From assembly GCF_009914755.1 (NCBI RefSeq), contig NC_060925.1: DNA of 64,000 bases, one strand, 5' to 3'. This document shows, piece by piece, positions 13,801 to 27,100 of this stretch; the stretch's first letter is position 1; the number at the start of each line of letters is the position of its first letter. This stretch comes from the human T2T-CHM13v2.0 reference genome, Homo sapiens. Position numbers and translations under genes: made by a program. The notes below the pieces were generated by a model that worked only from the letters and a program-made list of their open reading frames with translations, was not told the origin of the DNA and ran no database searches.

Positions 13801-16800
13801 AATGGAAATATGATCAAATGGAATCGAATATAATCATCATCAAATGGAATCAAAAATAACCATCATCAATTGGTATTGAATGGAATTCTCATCAAATGGA
13901 ATTCAAAGGAATCATCATCAAATGGAACTGAATGGAATCCTCATTGAATGGAAATGAAAGGGGTCATCATCTAATGGAATCGCATGGAATCATCATCAAA
14001 TGGAATCGAATGGAATCATCATCAAATGGAATGTGATGGAATCATTGAACAGAATTGAATGGAATCGTCATCGAATGAATTGAATGCAATCATCGAATGG
14101 TCTCGAATGTAATCACATTCTAATGGAAAGGAATGGAATCATCGCATAGAATCGAATGGAATTAACATTGAATGGACTCGAATGGAATCAACATCAAACG
14201 GAATCAAGCGGAATTATCGAATGGAATCGAAGAGAATCATCGAATGGTCTCGAATGGAATCATCTTCTAATGGAAAGGAATGGAATCATCGCATAGAATC
14301 GAATGGAATTAACATTGAATGGACTCGAATGGAATCAACATCAAATGGAATCAAGCGGAATTATCGAATGAAATCGAAGAGAATCATCGAATGGACTCGA
14401 ATGGAATCATCTAATGGAATGGAATGGAATAATCCACGGACTCGAATGCAATCATCATCGTATAGAATCGAATGGAATCATCGAATGGACTCGAATGGAA
14501 TAACCATTGAACGGAATCGAATGGAATCATCATCGGATGGAAACGAATGGAATCATCATCGAATGGAAATGAAAGGAGTCAGCATCTAATGGAATTGCAT
14601 GGAATCATCATAAAATGGAATCGAATGGAATCATCATCAAATGGAATCAAATGGAAGCATTGAACGGAATTGAATGGAATCGTCATCGAATGAATTGAAT
14701 GCAATCATCGAATGGTCTCGAATGGAATCATCTTCAAATGGAATGGAGTGGAATCATCGCATACAATCGAATGGAATTATCATCGAATGGAATCGAATGG
14801 TATCAACATCAAACGGAAAAAAACGGAATTACCGAATGGAATCGAAGAGAATCTTCGAACGGACCCGAATGGAATCATCTAATGGAATGGAATGGAATAA
14901 TCCATGGACTCGAATGCAATCATCATCGAATGGAATCGAATGGAATCATCGAATGGACTCGAATGGAATAATCATTGAACGGAATCGAATGGAATCATCA
15001 TCGGATGGAAATGAATGGAATCATCATCGAATGGAATCGAATAGAATTATGGAATGAAATCCAGTGTGATCATCATCGAATGGACCCGAATGGAATCATC
15101 ATCCAACGGAAGCTAATGGAATCAACATCGAATGAATCGAATGGAAACACCATCGAATTGAAACGAATGGAATTATCATGAAATTGAAATGGATGGACTC
15201 ATCATCGAATGGATTCGAATGGAATCATCGAATAAAATTGATTGAAATCATCATCCAATGGAATCGAATGGTATCATTGAATGGAATCGAATGGAATCAT
15301 CATCAGATGGAAATGAATGGAATCGTCATAGAATGGAATCGAATGGATTCATTGATTGGAATCAGATGGAATCATCGAATGGACTGGAATGGAATCATTG
15401 AATGGACTCGAAAGGGATCATTATTGAATGGAATTGAATGGAATCATCGAATGGTCTCGATTGGAATCATTATCAAATGGAATCGAATGGAATCACCGAA
15501 TAGAATCGAATGGAACAATCATCGAATCGACTCAAATGGAATTATCCTCAAATGGAATCGAATGGAATTATCGAATGCAATCGAATGGAATTATCGAATG
15601 CAATCGAATAGAATCATCGGATGGACTCGAATGGAATCATCGCATGGAATGGAATGGAACAGTCAATGAACTCGAATGGAATCATCATTGAATGGAATCG
15701 AATGGAATCATCGAGTGGAATCGAATGGAATTATGATCAAATGGAATCGAATGTAATCATCATCAAATGGAATCAAAAATAACCATCATCAATTGGTATT
15801 GAATGGAATTGTCATCAAATGGAATTCAAAGGAATCATCATCAAATGGAACCGAATGGAATCCTCATTGAATGGAAATGAAAGGGGTCATCATCTAATGG
15901 AATCGCATGGAATCATCATCAAATGGAATCGAATGGAATCATCATCAAATGGAATCTAATGCAATCATTGAACAGAATTGAATGGAATCGTCATCGAATG
16001 AATTGAATGCAATCATCGAATGGTCTCGAATGGAATCATCTTCTAATGGAAAGGAATGGAATCATCGCATAGAATCGAATGGAATTATCATCGAATGGAA
16101 TCGAATGGTATCAACACCAAACGGAAAAAAACGGAATTATCGAATGGAATCGAAGAGAATCTTCGAACGGACCCGAATGGAATCATCTAATGGAATGGAA
16201 CGGAATAATCCATGGACTCGAATGCAATCATCATCGAATGGAATCGAATGGAATCATCGAATGGACTCGAATGGAATAATCATTGAACGGAATTGAATGG
16301 AATCATCATCGGATGGAAACGAATGGAATCATCATCGAATGGAAATGAAAGGAGTCATCATCTAATGGAATTGCATGGAATCATCATAAAATGGAATCGA
16401 ATGGAATCAACATCAAATGGAATCAAATGGAATAATTGAACGGAATTGAATGGAATCGTCATCGAATGAATTGAATGCAATCATCGAATGATCTAGAATG
16501 GAATCATCTTCAAATGGAATGGAATGGAATCATCGCATAGAATCGAATGGAAGTATCATCGAATGGAATCGAATGGAATCAACATCAAACGGAAAAAAAC
16601 GGAATTATCGAATGGAATCGAAGAGAATCATCGAATGGACCCGAATGGAATCATCTAATGGAATGGAATGGAATAATCCATGGACTCGAATGCAATCATC
16701 ATCGAATGGAATCGAATGGAATCATCGAATGGACTCGAATGGAATAATCATTGAACGGAATCGAATGGAATCATCAACGGATGGAAATGAATGGAATCAT

Positions 16801-18260
16801 CATCGAATGGAATCGAATAGAATTATGGAATGAAATCCAGTGTGATCATCATCGAATGGACCCGAATGGAATCATCATCCAACGGAATCTAATGGAATCA
16901 ACATCGAATGAATCGAATGGAAACACCATCGAATTGAAACGAATGGAATTATCATGAAATTGAAATGGATGGACTCATCATCGAATGGATTCGAATGGAA
17001 TCATCGAATAAAATTGATTGAAATCATCATCCAATGGAATCGAATGGTATCATTGAATGGAATCGAATGGAATCATCATCAGATGGAAATGAATGGAATC
17101 GTCATAGAATGGAATCGAATGGATTCATTGAATGGAATCAGATGGAATCCTCGAATGGACTGGAATGGAATCATTGAATGGACTCGAAAGGGATCATTAT
17201 TGAATGGAATTGAATGGAATCATCGAATGGTCTCGATTGGAATCATTATCAAATGGAATCGAATGGAATCACCGAATAGAATCGAATGGAACAATCATCG
17301 AATGGACTCCAATGGAATTATCCTCAAATGGAATCGAATGGAATTATCGAATGCAATCGAATGGAATTATCGAATGCAATCGAATAGAATCATCGAATGG
17401 ACTCGAATGGAATCATCGAATGGAATGGAATGGAACAGTCAATGAACTCGAATGGAATCATCATTGAATGGAATCGAATGGAATCATCGAGTGGAATCGA
17501 ATGGAAATATGATCAAATGGAATCGAATATAATCATCATCAAATGGAATCAAAAATAACCATCATCAATTGGTATTGAATGGAATTCTCATCAAATGGAA
17601 TTCAAAGGAATCATCATCAAATGGAACTGAATGGAATCCTCATTGAATGGAAATGAAAGGGGTCATCATCTAATGGAATCGCATGGAATCATCATCAAAT
17701 GGAATCGAATGGAATCATCATCAAATGGAATCTGATGGAATCATTGAACAGAATTGAATGGAATCGTCATCGAATGAATTGAATGCAATCATCGAATGGT
17801 CTCGAATGTAATCACATTCTAATGGAAAGGAATGGAATCATCGCATAGAATCGAATGGAATTAACATTGAATGGACTCGAATGGAATCAACATCAAACGG
17901 AATCAAGCGGAATTATCGAATGGAATCGAAGAGAATCATCGAATGGTCTCGAATGGAATCATCTTCTAATGGAAAGGAATGGAATCATCGCATAGAATCG
18001 AATGGAATTAACATTGAATGGACTCGAATGGAATCAACATCAAATGGAATCAAGCGGAATTATCGAATGAAATCGAAGAGAATCATCGAATGGACTCGAA
18101 TGGAATCATCTAATGGAATGGAATGGAATAATCCACGGACTCGAATGCAATCATCATCGTATAGAATCGAATGGAATCATCGAATGGACTCGAATGGAAT
18201 AACCATTGAACGGAATCGAATGGAATCATCATCGGATGGAAACGAATGGAATCATCATCG
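10900..18260. repeat. Tandem duplication, period 3699 bp (1776+1923)
   Basis: Paired landmarks at 10975/14674, 11479/15178, 12283/15982, 13255/16954 and 14182/17881. A private TCTAGA occurs at 12793 and 16492. Confidence 0.92.
14099..14392. repeat. 147-bp direct duplication inside a module (also ~1-251, ~4550-4843, ~17798-18091)
   Basis: ATTAACATTG occurs at 14161 and 14308, and at 20 and 167. GGTCTC occurs at 14099 and 14246. The host units are 1922-1927 bp rather than 1776 bp. Confidence 0.92.
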
Positions 18261-19079
18261 AATGGAAATGTAACGAGTCATCATCTAATGGAATTGCATG
18301 GAATCATCATAAAATGGAATCGAATGGAATCATCATCAAATGGAATCAAATGGAATCATTGAACGGAATTGAATGGAATCGTCATCGAATGAATTGAATG
18401 CAATCATCGAATGGTCTCGAATGGAATCATCTTCAAATGGAATGGAATGGAATCATCGCATAGAATCGAATGGAATTATCATCGAATGGAATCAAATGGT
18501 ATCAACATCAAACGGAAATAAACGGAATTATCGAATGGAATCGAAGAGAATCTTCGAACGGACCCGCATGGAATCATCTAATGGAATGGAATGGAATAAT
18601 CCATGGACTCGAATGCAATCATCATCGAATGGAATCGAATGGAATCATCGAATGGACTCGAATGGAATAATCAATCATTGAACGGAATCGAATGGAATCA
18701 TCATCGGATGGAAATGAATGGAATCATCATCGAATGGAATCGAATAGAATTATGGAATGAAATCCAGTGTGATCATCATCGAATGGACCCGAATGGAATC
18801 ATCATCCAACGGAAGCTAATGGAATCAACATCGAATGAATCGAATGGAAACACCATCAAATTGAAACGAATGGAATTATCATGAAATTGAAATGGATGGA
18901 CTCATCATCGAATGGATTCGAATGGAATCATCGAATAAAATTGATTGAAATCATCATCGAATGGAATCGAATGGTATCATTGAATGGAATCGAATGGAAT
19001 CATCATCAGATGGAAATGAATGGAATCGTCATAGAATGGAATCGAATGGATTCATTGAATAGAATCAGATGGAATCATC

Positions 19080-22000
19080 GAATGGACTGGAATGGAATCA
19101 TTGAATGGACTCGAAAGGGATCATTATTGAATGGAATTGAATGGAATCATCGAATGGTCTCGATTGGAATCATTATCAAATGGAATCGAATGGAATCACC
19201 GAATAGAATCGAATGGAACAATCATCGAATGGACTCAAATGGAATTATCCTCAAATGGAATCGAATGGAATTATCGAATGCAATCGAATGGAATTATCAA
19301 ATGCAATCGAATAGAATCATCGAAAGGACTCGAATGGAATCATCGAATGGAATGGAATGGAACAGTCAATGAACTCGAATGGAATCATCATTGAATGGAA
19401 TCGAATGGAATCATCGAGTGGAATCGAATGGAATTATGATCAAATGGAATCGAATGTAATCATCATCAAATGGAATCAAAAATAACCATCATCAATTGGT
19501 ATTGAATGGAATTGTCATCAAATGGAATTCAAAGGAATCATCATCAAATGGAACCGAATGGAATCCTCATTGAATGGAAATGAAAGGGGTCATCATCTAA
19601 TGGAATCGCATGGAATCATCATCAAATGGAATCGAATGGAATCATCATCAAATGGAATCTAATGGAATCATTGAAAAGAATTGAATGGAATCATCATCGA
19701 ATGAATTGAATGCAATCATCGAATGGTCTCGAATGGAATCATCTTCTAATGGAAAGGAATGGAATCATCGCATAGAATCGAATGGAATTATCATCGAATG
19801 GAATCGAATGGTATCAACACCAAACGGAAAAAAACGGAATTATCGAATGGAATCGAAGAGAATCTTCGAACGGACCCGAATGGAATCATCTAATGGAATG
19901 GAATGGAATAATCCATGGACTCGAATGCAATCATCATCGAATGGAATCGAATGGAATCATCGAATGGACTCGAATGGAATAATCATTGAACGGAATCGAA
20001 TGGAATCATCATCGGATGGAAACGAATGGAATCATCATCGAATGGAAATGAAAGGAGTCATCATCTAATGGAATTGCATGGAATCATCATAAAATGGAAT
20101 CGAATGGAATCAACATCAAATGGAATCAAATGGAATCATTGAACGGAATTGAATGGAATCGTCATCGAATGAATTGAATGCAATCATCGAATGGTCTCGA
20201 ATGGAATCATCTTCAAATGGAATGGAATGGAATCATCGCATAGAATCGAATGGAATTATCATCGAATGGAATCGAATGGAATCAACATCAAACGGAAAAA
20301 AACGGAATTATCGAATGGAATCGAAGAGAATCATCGAATGGAGCCGAATGGAATCATCTAATGGAATGGAATGGAATAATCCATGGACTCGAATGCAATC
20401 ATCATCGAATGGAATCGAATGGAATCATCGAATGGACTCGAATGGAATAATCATTGAACGGAATCGAATGGAATCATCATCGGATGGAAATGAAAGGAGT
20501 CATCATCTAATGGAATTGCATGGAATCATCATAAAATGGAATCGAATGGAATCAACATCAAATGGAATCAAATGGAATCATTGAACGGAATTGAATGGAA
20601 TCGTCATCGAATGAATTGAATGCAATCATCGAATGGTCTCGAATGGAATCATCTTCAAATGGAATGGAATGGAATCATCGCATAGAATCGAATGGAATTA
20701 TCATCGAATGGAATCGAATGGAATCAACATCAAACGGAAAAAAACGGAATTATCGAATGGAATCGAAGAGAATCATCGAATGGACCCGAATGGAATCATC
20801 TAATGGAATGGAATGGAATAACCCATGGACTCGAATGCAATCGTCATCGAATGGAATCCAATGGAATCATCGAATGGACTCGAATGGAATAATCATTGAA
20901 CGGAATCGAATGGAATCATCATCGGATGGAAATGAATGGAATCATCATCGAATGGAATCGAATAGAATTATGGAATGAAATCCAGTGTGATCATCATCGA
21001 ATGGACCCGAATGGAATCATCATCCATCGGAAGCAAATGGAATCAGCATCGAATGAATCGAATGGAAACACCATCGAATTGAAACGAATGGAATTATCAT
21101 GAAATTGAAATGGATGGACTCATCATCGAATGGATTCGAATGGAATCATCGAATAAAATTGATTGAAATCATCATCGAATGGAATCGAATGGTATCATTG
21201 AATGGAATCGAATGGAATCATCATCAGATGGAAATGAAAGGAATCGTCATAGAATGGAATCGAATGGATTCATTGAATGGAATCAGATGGAATCATTGAA
21301 TGGACTGGAATGGAATCATTGAATGGACTCGAAAGGGATCATTATTGAATGGAATTGAATGGAATCATCGAATGGTCTCGATTGGAATCATTATCAAATG
21401 GAATCGAATGGAATCACCGAATAGAATCGAATGGAACAATCATCGAATGGACTCAAATGGAATTATCCTCAAATGGAATTGAATGGAATTATCGAATGCA
21501 ATCGAATGGAATTATCGAATGCAATCGAATAGAATCATCGAATGGACTCGAATGGAATCATCGAATGGAATGGAATGGAACAGTCAATGAACTCGAATGG
21601 AATCATCATTGAATGGAATCGAATGGAATCATCGAGTGGAATCGAATGTAATCATCATCAAATGGAATCAAAAATAACCATCATCAAATGGAATCAAAAA
21701 TAACAATCATCAATTGGTATTGAATGGAATTCTCATCAAATGGAATTCAAAGGAATCATCATCAAATGGAACCGAATGGAATCCTCATTGAATGGAAATG
21801 AAAGGGGTCATCATCTAATGGAATCGCATGGAATCATCATCAAATGGAATCGAATGGAATCATCATCAAATGGAATCTAATGGAATCATTGAAAAGAATT
21901 GAATGGAATCGTCATCGAATGAATTGAATGCAATCATCGAATGGTCTCGAATGGAATCATCTTCTAATGGAAAGGAATGGAATCATCGCATACAATCGAA

Positions 22001-25000
22001 TGGAATTAACATTGAATGGAATCGAATGGAATCAACATCAAATGGAATCAAGCGGAATTATCGAATGAAATCGAAGAGAATCATCGAATGGACTCGAATG
22101 GAATCATCTAATGGAATGGAATGGAATAATCCACGGACTCGAATGCAATCATCATCGTATAGAATCGAATGGAATCATCGAATGGACTCGAATGGAATAA
22201 CCATTGAACGGAATCGAATGGAATCATCATCGGATGGAAACGAATGGAATCATCATCGAATGGAAATGAAAGGAGTCATCATCTAATGGAATTGCATGGA
22301 ATCATCATAAAATGGAATCGAATGGAATCATCATCAAATGGAATCAAATGGAAGCATTGAACGGAATTGAATGGAATCGTCATCGAATGAATTGAATGCA
22401 ATCATCGAATGGTCTCGAATGGAATCATCTTCAAATGGAATGGAATGGAATCATCGCATAGAATCGAATGGAATTATCATCGAATGGAATCGAATGGTAT
22501 CAACATCAAACGGAAAAAAACGGAATTACCGAATGGAATCGAAGAGAATCTTCGAACGGACCCGAATGGAATCATCTAATGGAATGGAATGGAATAATCC
22601 ATGGACTCGAATGCAATCATCATCGAATGGAATCGAATGGAATCATTGAATGGACTCGAATGGAATAATCATTGAACGGAATCGAATGGAATCATCATCG
22701 GATGGAAATGAATGGAATCCTCATCGAATGGAATCGAATAGAATTATGGAATGAAATCCAGTGTGATCATCATCGAATGGACCCGAATGGAATCATCATC
22801 CAACGGAAGCTAATGGAATCAACATCGAATGAATCGAATGGAAACACCATCGAATTGAAACGAATGGAATTATCATGAAATTGAAATGGATGGACCCATC
22901 ATCGAATGGATTCGAATGGAATCATCGAATAAAATTGATTGAAATCATCATCAAATGGAATCGAATGGTGTCATTGAATGGGATCGAATGGAATCATCGT
23001 CAGATGGAAATGAATGGAATCGTCATAGAATGGAATCGAATGGATTCATTGAATGGAATCAGATGGAATCATCGAATGGACTGGAATGGAATCATTGAAT
23101 GGACTCGAAAGGGATCATTATTGAATGGAATTGAATGGAATCATCGAATGGTCTCGATTGGAATCATTATCAAATGGAATCGAATGGAATCACCGAATAG
23201 AATCGAATGGAACAATCATCGAATGGACTCAAATGGAATTATCCTCAAATGGAATCGAATGGAATTATCGAATGCAATCGAATGGAATTATCAAATGCAA
23301 TCGAATAGAATCATCGAAAGGACTCGAATGGAATCATCGAATGGAATGGAATGGAACAGTCAATGAACTCGAATGGAATCATCATTGAATGGAATCGAAT
23401 GGAATCATCGAGTGGAATCGAATGGAATTATGATCAAATGGAATCGAATGTAATCATCATCAAATGGAATCAAAAATAACCATCATCAATTGGTATTGAA
23501 TGGAATTGTCATCAAATGGAATTCAAAGGAATCATCATCAAATGGAACCGAATGGAATCCTCATTGAATGGAAATGAAAGGGGTCATCATCTAATGGAAT
23601 CGCATGGAATCATCATCAAATGGAATCGAATGGAATCATCATCAAATGGAATCTAATGGAATCATTGAAAAGAATTGAATGGAATCATCATCGAATGAAT
23701 TGAATGCAATCATCGAATGGTCTCGAATGGAATCATCTTCTAATGGAAAGGAATGGAATCATCGCATAGAATCGAATGGAATTATCATCGAATGGAATCG
23801 AATGGTATCAACACCAAACGGAAAAAAACGGAATTATCGAATGGAATCGAAGAGAATCTTCGAACGGACCCGAATGGAATCATCTAATGGAATGGAATGG
23901 AATAATCCATGGACTCGAATGCAATCATCATCGAATGGAATCGAATGGAATCATCGAATGGACTCGAATGGAATAATCATTGAACGGAATCGAATGGAAT
24001 CATCATCGGATGGAAACGAATGGAATCATCATCGAATGGAAATGAAAGGAGTCATCATCTAATGGAATTGCATGGAATCATCATAAAATGGAATCGAATG
24101 GAATCAACATCAAATGGAATCAAATGGAATCATTGAACGGAATTGAATGGAATCGTCATCGAATGAATTGAATGCAATCATCGAATGGTCTCGAATGGAA
24201 TCATCTTCAAATGGAATGGAATGGAATCATCGCATAGAATCGAATGGAATTATCATCGAATGGAATCGAATGGAATCAACATCAAACGGAAAAAAACGGA
24301 ATTATCGAATGGAATCGAAGAGAATCATCGAATGGAGCCGAATGGAATCATCTAATGGAATGGAATGGAATAATCCATGGACTCGAATGCAATCATCATC
24401 GAATGGAATCGAATGGAATCATCGAATGGACTCGAATGGAATAATCATTGAACGGAATCGAATGGAATCATCATCGGATGGAAATGAAAGGAGTCATCAT
24501 CTAATGGAATTGCATGGAATCATCATAAAATGGAATCGAATGGAATCAACATCAAATGGAATCAAATGGAATCATTGAACGGAATTGAATGGAATCGTCA
24601 TCGAATGAATTGAATGCAATCATCGAATGGTCTCGAATGGAATCATCTTCAAATGGAATGGAATGGAATCATCGCATAGAATCGAATGGAATTATCATCG
24701 AATGGAATCGAATGGAATCAACATCAAACGGAAAAAAACGGAATTATCGAATGGAATCGAAGAGAATCATCGAATGGACCCGAATGGAATCATCTAATGG
24801 AATGGAATGGAATAACCCATGGACTCGAATGCAATCATCATCGAATGGAATCCAATGGAATCATCGAATGGACTCGAATGGAATAATCATTGAACGGAAT
24901 CGAATGGAATCATCATCGGATGGAAATGAATGGAATCATCATCGAATGGAATCGAATAGAATTATGGAATGAAATCCAGTGTGATCATCATCGAATGGAC

Positions 25001-27100
25001 CCGAATGGAATCATCATCCATCGGAAGCAAATGGAATCAGCATCGAATGAATCGAATGGAAACACCATCGAATTGAAACGAATGGAATTATCATGAAATT
25101 GAAATGGATGGACTCATCATCGAATGGATTCGAATGGAATCATCGAATAAAATTGATTGAAATCATCATCGAATGGAATCGAATGGTATCATTGAATGGA
25201 ATCGAATGGAATCATCATCAGATGGAAATGAAAGGAATCGTCATAGAATGGAATCGAATGGATTCATTGAATGGAATCAGATGGAATCATTGAATGGACT
25301 GGAATGGAATCATTGAATGGACTCGAAAGGGATCATTATTGAATGGAATTGAATGGAATCATCGAATGGTCTCGATTGGAATCATTATCAAATGGAATCG
25401 AATGGAATCACCGAATAGAATCGAATGGAACAATCATCGAATGGACTCAAATGGAATTATCCTCAAATGGAATTGAATGGAATTATCGAATGCAATCGAA
25501 TGGAATTATCGAATGCAATCGAATAGAATCATCGAATGGACTCGAATGGAATCATCGAATGGAATGGAATGGAACAGTCAATGAACTCGAATGGAATCAT
25601 CATTGAATGGAATCGAATGGAATCATCGAGTGGAATCGAATGTAATCATCATCAAATGGAATCAAAAATAACCATCATCAAATGGAATCAAAAATAACAA
25701 TCATCAATTGGTATTGAATGGAATTCTCATCAAATGGAATTCAAAGGAATCATCATCAAATGGAACCGAATGGAATCCTCATTGAATGGAAATGAAAGGG
25801 GTCATCATCTAATGGAATCGCATGGAATCATCATCAAATGGAATCGAATGGAATCATCATCAAATGGAATCTAATGGAATCATTGAAAAGAATTGAATGG
25901 AATCGTCATCGAATGAATTGAATGCAATCATCGAATGGTCTCGAATGGAATCATCTTCTAATGGAAAGGAATGGAATCATCGCATAGAATCGAATGGAAT
26001 TAACATTGAATGGAATCGAATGGAATCAACATCAAATGGAATCAAGCGGAATTATCGAATGAAATCGAAGAGAATCATCGAATGGACTCGAATGGAATCA
26101 TCTAATGGAATGGAATGGAATAATCCACGGACTCGAATGCAATCATCATCGTATAGAATCGAATGGAATCATCGAATGGACTCGAATGGAATAACCATTG
26201 AACGGAATCGAATGGAATCATCATCGGATGGAAACGAATGGAATCATCATCGAATGGAAATGAAAGGAGTCATCATCTAATGGAATTGCATGGAATCATC
26301 ATAAAATGGAATCGAATGGAATCATCATCAAATGGAATCAAATGGAAGCATTGAACGGAATTGAATGGAATCGTCATCGAATGAATTGAATGCAATCATC
26401 GAATGGTCTCGAATGGAATCATCTTCAAATGGAATGGAATGGAATCATCGCATAGAATCGAATGGAATTATCATCGAATGGAATCGAATGGTATCAACAT
26501 CAAACGGAAAAAAACGGAATTACCGAATGGAATCGAAGAGAATCTTCGAACGGACCCGAATGGAATCATCTAATGGAATGGAATGGAATAATCCATGGAC
26601 TCGAATGCAATCATCATCGAATGGAATCGAATGGAATCATTGAATGGACTCGAATGGAATAATCATTGAACGGAATCGAATGGAATCATCATCGGATGGA
26701 AATGAATGGAATCCTCATCGAATGGAATCGAATAGAATTATGGAATGAAATCCAGTGTGATCATCATCGAATGGACCCGAATGGAATCATCATCCAACGG
26801 AAGCTAATGGAATCAACATCGAATGAATCGAATGGAAACACCATCGAATTGAAACGAATGGAATTATCATGAAATTGAAATGGATGGACCCATCATCGAA
26901 TGGATTCGAATGGAATCATCGAATAAAATTGATTGAAATCATCATCAAATGGAATCGAATGGTGTCATTGAATGGGATCGAATGGAATCATCGTCAGATG
27001 GAAATGAATGGAATCGTCATAGAATGGAATCGAATGGATTCATTGAATGGAATCAGATGGAATCATCGAATGGACTGGAATGGAATCATTGAATGGACTC
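19080..27100. repeat. Tandem duplication, period 3994 bp (2218+1776)
   Basis: Paired landmarks at 19131/23125, 19685/23679, 20153/24147, 21099/25093, 21903/25897 and 22875/26869. A private GGAGCCGAA occurs at ~20340 and ~24334. Confidence 0.92.

Noticed and set aside
14099-14392. 147-bp duplication equals the nucleosome core length
   Set aside because: It is fully explained as six monomers (3x26 + 3x23). It is a single ancestral event, so the match is likely coincidence.
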